The translations under genes were made by a program, and so were the position numbers. From Candidatus Bathyarchaeota archaeon (GTDB taxonomy: Archaea > Thermoproteota > Bathyarchaeia > Bathyarchaeales > Bathyarchaeaceae), in contig SOJZ01000005.1 of NCBI GenBank assembly GCA_004376295.1, forward strand, positions 33,914 through 97,913: a stretch of DNA of 64,000 bases. Reading direction: 5' to 3'. The notes under the pieces were generated by a model. The model did not search any database. It was not told the DNA's origin and was given only the letters and a program-made list of their open reading frames with translations. Positions 39,135 through 48,352 of this stretch are shown here, piece after piece. The first letter of the stretch is position 1. The number at the start of each line of letters is the position of its first letter.

Positions 39135-39688
39135 GGCGAAAAGGGTATTACATGAGAAAAATTAAGAGAGCCACGCATCTCCTATTTTACAGACACCACA
39201 GAAAGCCAGGAGTGAAGGGCTGGGAACTAAGAAGAAGGTTAGGCTCTGACTATCCTAAGGTGCTTGGGATACTGGACGGTCATTTGGAAAAACTGGATTT
39301 ACAAGTGAAGACAGTTTTTGAAGGGGAAAAAACCGTTGAGAAACCGACTGTTCAGCAGCTGGACAAAGCTCGATTCTATATAACGCTTCGAGGAAGCCTT
39401 ACACCAAAGGAGACTAAAATGATGGGTTGGCGCATCGACGACATCGCGGGGCTAGCTACAGCTATCTCTTGTATAATATCGAAGAAGGGAAAAGCACCGA
39501 GAGAAGAGGTGGAAGACCTTCTGCGGAACAAGCTTCCCGGCTGGAGGGTAGACATAAACATGAATCGTTACATTCGATCCGGCTACCTAGCTGAAGATGA
39601 GAACAAACAACTATACCTCGACTGGAGAACCAGCGCCGAGATTGACCAAAAAACTTTGGTTGATCTACTTTTAGGAACTGAAAGCTGA
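39131..39688 (+). CDS. putative kite subunit (tandem winged helix; Nse1/Nse3/ScpB/MksE-like)
   Basis: ~185 aa, two apparent wHTH units, C-terminal YIRSGYL...LYLDWRTSAEID; TTG overlaps the upstream TGA. Confidence 0.5.
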   Translation: MRRKGYYMRKIKRATHLLFYRHHRKPGVKGWELRRRLGSDYPKVLGILDGHLEKLDLQVKTVFEGEKTVEKPTVQQLDKARFYITLRGSLTPKETKMMGWRIDDIAGLATAISCIISKKGKAPREEVEDLLRNKLPGWRVDINMNRYIRSGYLAEDENKQLYLDWRTSAEIDQKTLVDLLLGTES

Positions 39689-39730
39689 AGAGCATAGCAA
39701 GAGAATGAGAAAGGTGCGTATTGAAATTCT

Positions 39731-40444
39731 CTACCTTCTAATTTTTCGATAAAGGACAGCAACTACGTTCACCATTATTAATGCAACGAGGATGAGGAAT
39801 GGACTGTTGAGCAGAGACTCTCCAAGAGATAGTGGAAGCTCAAAGATTAAAGTATCCCCATCTTCAGCAACGTGCGGGCTAATCGCTCTTGACGGCAGTG
39901 TGAAGTAACAAATAGGGTCGAATTCGATTGAACTTGTGTGGTTGTAGTAATAGTAAACTGGCGTTGTTTTGTTTTCGAATTCCCATTCCGCTATTGGCTT
40001 ACCGAAGTATTCATTAAAGTCTAGCGCGTAATCGTCTGTTAGGTTGACGTGAAACTTTCTCCAATCAGTCCTTACGTTATAAATCTTGTTCGTTGTTGTC
40101 TTGTTAATCGTAATGCTGATGATGTCTGAACCGACCAGAAGAAATTCTACATGTATTGATCTCGTTGAATCGTCAAAAATCTCCTGTGTAGGATCGTATA
40201 TGCATTCCGCGTTTTTTAGGTCTCTTTGTTCCAATTTTTCTTCGATGGCTCGTGGAATCGTTGAGACGTCGAATAAATGTTGACGTATAGTTTCATTATA
40301 TATTCTAGAGTCGATGTTTTGAAAATCGAAGACAACGTGGATATTTTGATCTATTGTGGCTTGAATGCTCACCGAAGCGTAGGCTGGTGTGACCAGGCTT
40401 ACGAGTAAGGCGAGTAGAAGAGATGTTGCGGTTAGTTCTCTCAT
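39731..40444 (-). CDS. hypothetical surface protein with signal peptide and C-terminal TM anchor
   Basis: MRELTATSLLLALLVSLVTPAYA signal; C-terminal hydrophobic helix followed by RKIRR. Confidence 0.75.
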   Translation of the reverse strand: MRELTATSLLLALLVSLVTPAYASVSIQATIDQNIHVVFDFQNIDSRIYNETIRQHLFDVSTIPRAIEEKLEQRDLKNAECIYDPTQEIFDDSTRSIHVEFLLVGSDIISITINKTTTNKIYNVRTDWRKFHVNLTDDYALDFNEYFGKPIAEWEFENKTTPVYYYYNHTSSIEFDPICYFTLPSRAISPHVAEDGDTLIFELPLSLGESLLNSPFLILVALIMVNVVAVLYRKIRR

Positions 40445-40592
40445 TTTCGTCCTTTCTCCAGTTTGTAGGTTATATTTGAATCCTTTATAAATCATATTCA
40501 GATCGCATAAAGCCTTTTTATTCGTAGAGACGAATTGACAATGTGGGGTCTAACTCATTTTCTGGGGGTAGGTGTTTAGGCATGTTGTCGGC

Positions 40593-40925
40593 TTATTTGT
40601 AATAAATGACATTTGCCTCTGTTCCGCCCCAATGGGCTCACTTAAAATACAGAGCTTTTATTTCTCGGTCAATGTACGTGCAGGATACATTTTCCTGTCT
40701 TGCAATGCTACGAAAATCGCTAAACCAATGCACCTCAAGCACATCATCCACATGAAACTCGGTCAAGGGGCATTCCCCAATAATATAGCCCTCGTCTTCA
40801 AGCCTTTGAACATATCCCTGAAGTTTTTTCTCCGTCCATTGTCCGTATGTCTAATATGCGAGTCCTCCGACTATCAAGATGAGGCAGACGAGAAAGGAAA
40901 AGGCGACAATTGCACGCTTATCCAT
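40593..40925 (-). pseudogene. disrupted small membrane-anchored protein
   Basis: MDKRAIVAFSFLVCLILIVGGLAY*TYGQWTEKKLQGYVQRLEDEGY...ALYFK*AHWGG...; in-frame TAG at 40851-53 and TGA at 40638-40. Confidence 0.55.
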
Positions 40926-40943
40926 GCATACAACTGTAACTTC

Positions 40944-41024
40944 TTCATTCTATGATCTAACATAGTTAGTAAAGAACGAATAGTTGAGTATTCAGTGTTT
41001 ACTTCATCTTGCTGATTTTCGTAT
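40944..41024 (+). repeat. repeat A (downstream flank of small membrane genes), diverged copy
   Basis: TTCATTCTATGATCTAACATAGTT...AGTGTTTACTTCATC aligns with 53702-53774 and 55777-55816. Confidence 0.7.
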
Positions 41025-41420
41025 TCAATGAATAAAGATGAAAAAATGTGCGAGTATGGCTATAAGCCACAGTATAGAACCGATCATTACTATGATTGTT
41101 CCTTCTTTTCGATAGCGTTTCCTTTCCTCAGTCGTCAGTCTTTTGAAGAGAATTCTATGGTCCAGCCAAGCTGAACCTGAATAAGGGTATCTTTGATTTA
41201 TTGTTGAATGGCAGTTCTTCCTATAGTAGAGGAGAGAGAGAAGAAGCTGGACGCCACCCACAAACACCAAAAAACCCCCCTCGTAAACAAAAATGGCAGC
41301 AGAAAGAATGTTTGATATCCATAGAATAGGCAAAACGAACAAATTTACAACTGCAACATACCCAAAAACTTTCACCACAAACTTAATCCAATCGACATTT
41401 CGCTCAAAAATAACCTTCAT
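41025..41420 (-). CDS. small 3-TM membrane protein, paralogue of 53802-54176
   Basis: Shared YE-x-x-F, W-x-D, ER-x-RYR-x-EGTI-x-V-x-IG motifs; probable ATG at 41420. Confidence 0.75.
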   Translation of the reverse strand: MKVIFERNVDWIKFVVKVFGYVAVVNLFVLPILWISNILSAAIFVYEGGFLVFVGGVQLLLSLLYYRKNCHSTINQRYPYSGSAWLDHRILFKRLTTEERKRYRKEGTIIVMIGSILWLIAILAHFFIFIH

Positions 41421-41477
41421 TGTGTCCCTGATAAAAAAGTAGTGAGAACATATAGGCTTTACTCGGGCCAAAAAAAT

Positions 41478-41527
41478 TATAGGGGGGGGGGCTATAGGGG
41501 GTCTAAAGAGAGAGACACGCAAATAAC
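41478..41527 (+). repeat. G-string intergenic repeat
   Basis: TATAGGGGGGGGGGCTATAGGGGGTCTAAAGAGAGAGACACGCAAATAAC. Confidence 0.75.
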
Positions 41528-41553
41528 GTAACAAACAAACCTAAATCCTACTC

Positions 41554-41796
41554 TTACTTCCTCTTAGGAACATCAGTCCTAATATACAAAACATTATTGC
41601 CACGAACCAAAACACGACCATAATTAGCAACCAGCTCATCCTTAAACCGCTCAACAGCACCCTCCAACAAAATATTCATATAACCATCACAACGAACAAC
41701 AGTCCCACGATACTCAACACCACTCTTCAAAACAATAGCCACATAACAATTCAACAGCTTCGCCAAAACATTCAAAGGCTTCATACTCGGCTCCAA
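41554..41796 (-). CDS. Sm-like (LSm) protein
   Basis: VLKSGVEYRG...DGYMNILL (Sm1), VLVRGNNVLYI (Sm2); start TTG 41796 or ATG 41784. Confidence 0.92.
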   Translation of the reverse strand: MEPSMKPLNVLAKLLNCYVAIVLKSGVEYRGTVVRCDGYMNILLEGAVERFKDELVANYGRVLVRGNNVLYIRTDVPKRK

Positions 41797-41936
41797 CACA
41801 AACACCAACAATACACACAAACCCAACCATATAAAAGCTTTATGAAACAAACTCCACCAAAACAAAACCCAACAAAACCCTAATAGAACCATATATTAGA
41901 TCGGGGTAGAAACCTTCATATACACAACAGGAACCC

Positions 41937-43085
41937 TCACTCAATCATCTTTCGAATCTCCTCCTCTAATTTGCCCGCCACATCAAACTTCCTATTCATC
42001 TCCCGCTTTATTAGATCAATGGTCTTCACAGGTGCAGGATCTACACCTTGCAGAATCGCCAAAAAAACGCTTACAAAGTCTCCCACAAGTAGCACAGAAA
42101 ACATCTTCGCTAATCCTCCTTTCCCCCTCGCATAGATTTCCAAGACTTTTTGAGCTTTATGTAAAGCCAGCATTTTGGTCATCTCAATTCTATGTTTGAT
42201 TTCCGGCGGCTCATTATGGTCTCGAATAAGTATAACCGAAAATTTCTTTGCGAGGTCTTCAGAGACTTCCCATCCAACAGCTTCATTGTGATTGAGCTCT
42301 GGAAAGACGTCATATACGCTGAGAAGTTTGCTGTTTTCGTTAAACTGCGTTTTCATTCGATGGGCTACGGCTCTAGATTGTCCAAATCCGTAGACCACAG
42401 GTATGGTTTCTTTCAACTCCAAAGCCAACGTTTTTGACATGTTCTTCTTTGTGGGAATGTAAGGGGAGTTTTCTTCACTCACCTTTTTGAGAACCCGTAT
42501 GGCTTCTTCAATGTCTTTCTCTATGTTCGAAAGAATATCCATCTTCTCTAAGAGGATTGGGAGCGGAAAGAATATGTAGGGAATTGCGGCGCGTGGGGGT
42601 CGTCCGTTAGGTATTGTTACGTGCGGTATCTGCAGTTTCTTGGAGAAGGAGAGGAGGTGTCCTCCTGAGCTTATGGTTATGGTCATGCATTTTCTGCGGA
42701 TAGCATCGATAAATGCGCTAAGTGTTTCTGCAGTTTCTCCTGAGTAGCTGATCGCAAAAACGAGCGTGTTTCTGTTTGCGTAAGCGGGTAGAGTGTAGTT
42801 TCTGCATATTTGAATGGGGATGGGAAGCTTGTCTTGAAGCCAGTCTTGGAGTATTTCTCCTCCTATGGCGGAGCCTCCCATGCCTGTGATTATGATGTTT
42901 TGGGGTTTCTTATATTTGATTGTGATTTTTTTGGAAACTTTTACCTCGTTTGGGATTTTAATCTTTTTAGCTCTTTGTATAGCGTCTTGGCAGTATTCAG
43001 GGGTTTTCACGCACAGATTAAGCATGTTGCTTTTGTCGATTTTTTCTAATTCTTCTGGTATATCTAGAATGGTAGTCTCGTGCAT
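41937..43085 (-). CDS. bifunctional phosphoglucose/phosphomannose isomerase
   Basis: GMGGSAIGG, SYSGETAET, PRAA, QFNENSK, PELNHNE. Confidence 0.93.
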   Translation of the reverse strand: MHETTILDIPEELEKIDKSNMLNLCVKTPEYCQDAIQRAKKIKIPNEVKVSKKITIKYKKPQNIIITGMGGSAIGGEILQDWLQDKLPIPIQICRNYTLPAYANRNTLVFAISYSGETAETLSAFIDAIRRKCMTITISSGGHLLSFSKKLQIPHVTIPNGRPPRAAIPYIFFPLPILLEKMDILSNIEKDIEEAIRVLKKVSEENSPYIPTKKNMSKTLALELKETIPVVYGFGQSRAVAHRMKTQFNENSKLLSVYDVFPELNHNEAVGWEVSEDLAKKFSVILIRDHNEPPEIKHRIEMTKMLALHKAQKVLEIYARGKGGLAKMFSVLLVGDFVSVFLAILQGVDPAPVKTIDLIKREMNRKFDVAGKLEEEIRKMIE

Positions 43086-43180
43086 TTTTTCACCTTGCTA
43101 TTTCTAATGAGCTTATGATGCTTGATTGTGAAGCTATGGATAAATAGTTTTAGAGGTTTGTTGGTATATGTAAAAGAGTT

Positions 43181-44062
43181 GTGGTTGTGATGTGTGCCTC
43201 TGTGAAGCGTCGTTGTGAGCTTTCTGTTGCGGTGCCTGCTTCGTTGGTTTCAGATGTTCCTCATCTTCGGGAGAAGACCTTCAAGATTGGGTTAGTAGGT
43301 AGAGCTGCTGCGATTTTTCGTGTAGATGAGGTTATAGTTTTTCCTGATTTGCTGGGGTTTGATCAAAGCCGAGATACACGGTTGATTGCTGCTGTTTTAT
43401 CTTATATGGAGACGCCTCAGTATTTGCGTAAGCGTTTGTTTAGGCTTGTGCCTGAGTTGCGGTATGCTGGTATTCTTCCTCCTTTGCGTACGCCTCATCA
43501 TCCTGTATTAAATAGGGTTAGAGATTTGGGGTTTGGGGAGTATCGTGAGGGTGTGGTTGTTTCTTCAACTAATGCTGGGTCGTTTGTTGATGTTGGCGTA
43601 GACCGTTCCGTGTTGGTTTCTGGTGTGCAGCTTTCGGTTAATAGTCGAGTTACCGTGAAGATTGTTGAGTTGGGGAGGCATTTGAAGGCTGTTTTGGCTA
43701 GTCGTGGTGAGGTTGAGGCGTATTGGGGTTATCGTGTGAGGGTTTCGGATGTGGGGTTTGGGTGTTTGGTGAAAGAGGGGGGTTTTGATTTGGTGGTTGC
43801 TACTTCTCGGCGTGGGGTTCGGTTTATGGAGGTTGTTGATGAGTTGGTTGGGCGTTGGAAGGAGGCGTGTAGGGTTTTGGTTGCTTTTGGTTCTCCGTCT
43901 GTGGGGTTGTTTGAGATTTTGGAGCGTGAGGGTTTGAGGTTGGGTGATGTTGTGGATTTTATTGTTAATATGGTTCCAAATCAGGGGACTGCGACTGTGA
44001 GGACTGTTGAGGCTGTCTATGCGTGTTTGGGTGTTTTGAATTTGTTTGTTAGCGGTTTGTAA
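43181..44062 (+). CDS. SPOUT RNA methyltransferase (DUF171/MTH1 family)
   Basis: RAAAIFRVDEV, YMETPQYLRK, PPLRTPHH, PNQGTATVRTVEA. Confidence 0.92.
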   Translation: MVVMCASVKRRCELSVAVPASLVSDVPHLREKTFKIGLVGRAAAIFRVDEVIVFPDLLGFDQSRDTRLIAAVLSYMETPQYLRKRLFRLVPELRYAGILPPLRTPHHPVLNRVRDLGFGEYREGVVVSSTNAGSFVDVGVDRSVLVSGVQLSVNSRVTVKIVELGRHLKAVLASRGEVEAYWGYRVRVSDVGFGCLVKEGGFDLVVATSRRGVRFMEVVDELVGRWKEACRVLVAFGSPSVGLFEILEREGLRLGDVVDFIVNMVPNQGTATVRTVEAVYACLGVLNLFVSGL

Positions 44063-44080
44063 GTTGTTTGTGTTTTTCAC

Positions 44081-44176
44081 GTTTTTTGCGTGTGTCTCTC
44101 TTTAGATCCCCCTCTAAATTTTTTTCACGGTTTCTTGTTCTCTCTCTTTTATAGACCCCCCTATAGCCCCCCTATA
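44081..44176 (-). repeat. G-string intergenic repeat, two tandem units
   Basis: Minus strand reads TATAGGGGGGCTATAGGGGGGTCTATAAAAGAGAGAGAAC...AAAAAAATTTAGAGGGGGATCTAAAGAGAGACACACGCAAAAAAC. Confidence 0.75.
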
Positions 44177-44477
44177 CCAAGGGCCATTCTGTGGAAAGCC
44201 CGTGATCACGGTTTTGAGCTTCTTTGCTTCTTCAATGGGCTTTCTCTACCCAATATAGTATCAAAGGTAAGAGGGTCATATGTTTTCAGACTGCGTGAAC
44301 GAGTTGATGTGCGCAAGCATTGTGAAGGGGAAAGACTCTGATGTATGGCGATATAAGAAAGCTTATATGCAAGATCACCCAATAATATATTGAATATGTC
44401 TTATTATAGACATATTGTCTATACGTATAACGTGAGAACTGTAGAACAAAAATACATAAAACGGAAAAGGAAGAAAC

Positions 44478-44642
44478 TTGCCGAGGAAAATAGCCATAAT
44501 GGTGATAAACCTCGTTAAAGAGAGTGTGGAAAAGCTAAACAAGGAAATTGAAGAGGAGATTCTCAAGGAAATTAAAGAGCTGAGAATTCCTTGGATGGAG
44601 AAGGTGGAGAAGGTCACGGTTTTAGAATCAGACGAGGATTAG
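44478..44642 (+). CDS. small hypothetical protein (54 aa)
   Basis: TTG start, MPRKIAIMVINLVKESVEKLNKEIEEEILKEIKELRIPWMEKVEKVTVLESDED; protein-like beta-alpha-beta pattern; below track cutoff. Confidence 0.55.
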   Translation: MPRKIAIMVINLVKESVEKLNKEIEEEILKEIKELRIPWMEKVEKVTVLESDED

Positions 44643-44760
44643 AAGTACTTTCATCTCGTCAGGACATGCGATATCGTGTTACGTTTACTTTCAGTGTTTT
44701 CTCCAACCCTCGTGATTTCTTTCACCATAAAGGATATCGAAGAGTCTACAAAAGACGGGG

Positions 44761-44985
44761 TTAAGTGATGTATCTGACTTCCTGAAATTCTCTGGAGACT
44801 GGAGTTTTCACTTCTCCCTTGATGGGCATCCCCTCTTCGCCCTCACAATCTTCCTCGTCCACATACATGTCCTCAACAATTTTCTGGATGATGCTCGTCA
44901 TCTCATTAATCCTATTTCTTAACACATTCAACTTTTGCTCTAATGTCAAATTTTCCCATTCTTCCTCGTCAACCTTATTCGCCAT
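44761..44985 (-). CDS. small acidic hypothetical protein
   Basis: ATG preceded by GAGGTG; amphipathic helix followed by an acidic tract. Confidence 0.6.
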   Translation of the reverse strand: MANKVDEEEWENLTLEQKLNVLRNRINEMTSIIQKIVEDMYVDEEDCEGEEGMPIKGEVKTPVSREFQEVRYIT

Positions 44986-45559
44986 TCTTCAACACCTCAA
45001 GGAAATAGATAACGTGAATTAATAATTGCAGTAGAAAAGGATTTCGATGAAATGACCCCATTGCTGCTATAATCCTCTAAAGAGATTGGGCTCTTAGATT
45101 TATGGAGCAGACTTTTCTGAAAGCTACCGATTTTAACGTTGAGTAGTTATCCTTTAAAGTTCTTTAACGCTTCGTATAGCTTCTGTATAGTCATTTCCAA
45201 GACCGCTTTCAAAAGACGCAAAAGGTCTTTGATGTTCACCGGTCGGAAACCAGCTCCAAATCCACACATCACATAATTTGTAGATTCACTCATTGTCCAT
45301 CACCAATGTATTCTGAAATAGATAGGTTATCTCGTATATTACGATACACGATTATTTAAACCATTTTGCAGCAAACCTGTAAAACTTCGAAAACAGAACA
45401 CACAAAGCCGAAACTCTCTACTGAATTCACACGCATCCCAATGCGTAATTTTTGTAACCACGGAAATTAGAGGTTTCACCATCAGCCTCAAACTGGAGGT
45501 TTTTCTGCTCTGAGAAGTTTAAATAAAATGTAGGTGCGCATTATACAGCGGTGATCTAG

Positions 45560-46179
45560 ATGTTTGAGCTTGGAGATATACGATTCAAACCTGTAGAAAA
45601 GGATGATTTGAAGCTTTTGCACAAATGGGAGAACGATTTTGAGCTTATGATGTATTCCAGGAGTAAACCTTGAATTTTGTAAGCATGGAGCAGATTGAAA
45701 GGCAGTATGATGAGCGGATGAAGCAGGATAACGACATTCGTTTCATCGTTGAACTAATCGGTACGAATGAGCCTACAGGATTAGCGGTTATACGGGGACA
45801 GAAGTGGGGCAACGTGAAGGGTGCAGATTTGGGCACTTGTATTGGAAAGAAGGATTTGTGAAGTAAAGGCTATGGAAAACAGATCACGGTTGCTTTGCTT
45901 GAAATGTGTTTCATCTTCCTAAACATGGAACGCTGCCAAGCTTGGAGCATAGAATAAAACACTCGCGCCCGCAAAACACTTGAAGCATGCGGGTTCAAAA
46001 AAGGGGGAGCAGTGAGAAACACTTCTCTCGTCAATGGCGAAAAATGGAACTCCCTTCGCTTTGACATACTTCGTGAAGAATACCTGAACATTCAAGAAAA
46101 TCTGCTTAGGAAAACACTAGGAGAAAAATTAGACGAATACCTCAAAAAGCACTGTGGCTTAGCTAAAAACTTCGAATAA
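45560..46179 (+). pseudogene. RimJ/RimL-family GNAT acetyltransferase, disrupted
   Basis: MFELGDIRFKPVEKDDLKLLHKWEND... frameshift near 45670; IGKKDL*SKGYG (TGA 45859); E*NTRA (TAA 45955); CGFKKGG...DILREEY. Confidence 0.85.
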
Positions 46180-46272
46180 ATTATCTGAGAAAGTAACGTT
46201 TATAACTCAACGCTCTTATTGAAACAAAGACGAAACAAAAGATAAGGATAACAAAAAGAAGGATACTAACGT

Positions 46273-47280
46273 ATGGGTCACAGAAAGAAACACGCCCCTA
46301 GACGCGGCTCATTAGCCTACTTACCTAGAGGACGCGCTGCAAGCGAAACCGGCAGAATACGCTACTGGCCCAAGGTAGAGGAGGTCCCCACCCTACTAGG
46401 ATTCATGGGCTACAAGGCTGGAATGACCCACGTATTCCTAGTCGAAGACAACGAACGATCACCAAACTTCGGCAAAGAAACAGCCCACCCAGCCACAGTA
46501 GTAGACACACCTCCAATCACACTATTCGCCATCCGGGCATACACACGGGACCCATACGGTTTGCACACATTCACCGAAGCTTGGATGAAAGATCCACCCA
46601 AACACTTCGACCGTGTTGTAACGTTGCCAGAACACTTCGACCCTGAAAAAACCCTAAAGAAAATGGAAGAGAACCTAGACAAAATCTCCGAGTTCCGCCT
46701 CCTAGCAGCCACACAACCCAAAGAAGCTGGCGTCCCAAAGAAAAAACCTGACATCACAGAAATCAAAATCGACGGAGGCACCATCAAAGAACAATTTGAA
46801 CACGCAAAAAAATTGCTAGGAAAAACGGTGTCCATAACAGAAGTGTTCAAAGAAGGACAATACGTAGATGTAGTCGCGGTAACCAAAGGAAAAGGCTTCC
46901 AAGGCCCTGTGAAACGCTGGGGCGTCAAAATCCTGCCTCGAAAATCACGTAAAACCAAACGAGGCGTCGCCGTCATAGGACCTTGGCGTCCCGCCAGAGT
47001 CTTATACACAGTCCCCAGAGCAGGCCAAATGGGTTATCACCAAAGAACCGAATACAACAAACGCATACTAAAAATTGGCACAGACGGAAATGAAGTAACC
47101 CCAAAAGGCGGGTTCCTACGCTACGGCTTGGTTCGAGGGACCTACATCGTAGTAGACGGAAGCTTACCCGGTCCCGCTAAACGTCTCATACGACTACGAT
47201 ACCCCGCCCGCCCCCCAAAAATAACCACAGAGGCCCCACCGAAAATCACCTATATATCCCTTGAATCCCCGCAAGGATAA
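46273..47280 (+). CDS. rpl3: 50S ribosomal protein L3
   Basis: PRRGSLAYLPR, GYKAGMTH, TKGKGFQGPVKRWG, GQMGYHQRTE. Confidence 0.97.
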   Translation: MGHRKKHAPRRGSLAYLPRGRAASETGRIRYWPKVEEVPTLLGFMGYKAGMTHVFLVEDNERSPNFGKETAHPATVVDTPPITLFAIRAYTRDPYGLHTFTEAWMKDPPKHFDRVVTLPEHFDPEKTLKKMEENLDKISEFRLLAATQPKEAGVPKKKPDITEIKIDGGTIKEQFEHAKKLLGKTVSITEVFKEGQYVDVVAVTKGKGFQGPVKRWGVKILPRKSRKTKRGVAVIGPWRPARVLYTVPRAGQMGYHQRTEYNKRILKIGTDGNEVTPKGGFLRYGLVRGTYIVVDGSLPGPAKRLIRLRYPARPPKITTEAPPKITYISLESPQG

Positions 47281-47296
47281 AGCGAGAGTGAGATGG

Positions 47297-48076
47297 ATGG
47301 GTAAACTTTCAGCCAAAATTTTCGATCTCAAAGGAAAAGCAACAGGTAAAATCCGCCTCCCTCCCATTTTTAAGACTCCTACGAGACCTGATGTCATAAA
47401 ACGAGCAGTCATCGCGATTCAGTCCCATCGCTTCCAGCCACAAGGTCGAGACCCTTTCGCCGGAAAACGAACTACCGCAGAGTCTCGGGGAACGGGCTTT
47501 GGAATAGCACGTGTTTCAAGGATAAAGGGAAGTCAACGAGCAGCTTTCATACCATTCGCGGTTGGCGGCAGAGCTACTCATCCCCCAATGGTTGAAAAGA
47601 AAATCAAGAAGAAAATTCCACGAAAGGAAATGCGGTTGGCTCTACGTTCAGCAGTTGCAGCTACAGCATCTAAAGAAATCGTGGCTTTCCGAGGACACGT
47701 GATAGATGACGTTCCTGATTTTCCACTAGTCGTCATAGATGATATTGAACGCTTGAAAAAAACTAAGGAAGTCGAAGAAGTATTCATCCAACTAGGGGTG
47801 TGGCCAGACATCTATCGAGTCAGGGAAAGCCGAAAGGTAAGAGCTGGCAAAGGCAAGAGACGCGGTAGAAGAATGAAACAGGCAGTTGGGCCTCTATTGG
47901 TGGTCACCGAAAATGAAGGAGTCGTTGAAGCAGCCCGCAACATTCCAGGAGTAGATGTGGTTACAATCAACGGTCTGAACGTTGAACTTTTGGCACCTGG
48001 GACCCATCCTGGAAGGCTCGTCATCTGGGCGAACTCAGCTTTTGAAAAAGTAGATGAACTGTTTGGAGGAAGATAG
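47297..48076 (+). CDS. rpl4: 50S ribosomal protein L4
   Basis: RPDVIKRAV, AESRGTGFG, RAGKGKRRGR, LAPGTHPGRL. Confidence 0.96.
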   Translation: MGKLSAKIFDLKGKATGKIRLPPIFKTPTRPDVIKRAVIAIQSHRFQPQGRDPFAGKRTTAESRGTGFGIARVSRIKGSQRAAFIPFAVGGRATHPPMVEKKIKKKIPRKEMRLALRSAVAATASKEIVAFRGHVIDDVPDFPLVVIDDIERLKKTKEVEEVFIQLGVWPDIYRVRESRKVRAGKGKRRGRRMKQAVGPLLVVTENEGVVEAARNIPGVDVVTINGLNVELLAPGTHPGRLVIWANSAFEKVDELFGGR

Positions 48077-48078
48077 GC

Positions 48079-48339
48079 TTGGACCCTTACGATGTTGTAT
48101 TATATCCAGTTATGACCGAAGTTACGAGTCGCCTGCTCGAAACTGAGAACAAGCTTGTTTTTATCGTCAGCATCGCAGCCAAAAAGGCAGACATTAAACG
48201 AGCCGTGGAGGAACTCTATGAAGTAGAGGTTAAGAGCGTCAATACTGCAATCACGCCTAAAAGCGAGAAAAAAGCCTTTGTGAAGCTTCACCCCAACTAT
48301 AAAGCGGTGGATGTAGCGATTAAACTCGGCATCTTATAG
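48079..48339 (+). CDS. rpl23: 50S ribosomal protein L23
   Basis: PVMTE, NKLVFIV, KKAFVKL; operon position. Confidence 0.95.
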   Translation: MDPYDVVLYPVMTEVTSRLLETENKLVFIVSIAAKKADIKRAVEELYEVEVKSVNTAITPKSEKKAFVKLHPNYKAVDVAIKLGIL

Positions 48340-48352
48340 GGAGATGTAACAC

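Noticed and set aside
36270..39688. Wadjet (JetABCD/MksBEFG) assignment
   Set aside because: No Toprim nuclease (JetD) adjacent, gene order differs, and the ATPase is much shorter with Smc5/6-type motifs
40638..40853. Pyrrolysine or selenocysteine readthrough of in-frame TAG/TGA in the pseudogenes
   Set aside because: Stops are of mixed types, accompanied by frameshifts in the other cases, and sit at likely Trp/Arg/Tyr codons; decay is simpler
40572..40955. 127-aa plus-strand ORF
   Set aside because: The opposite strand carries a more protein-like disrupted membrane gene
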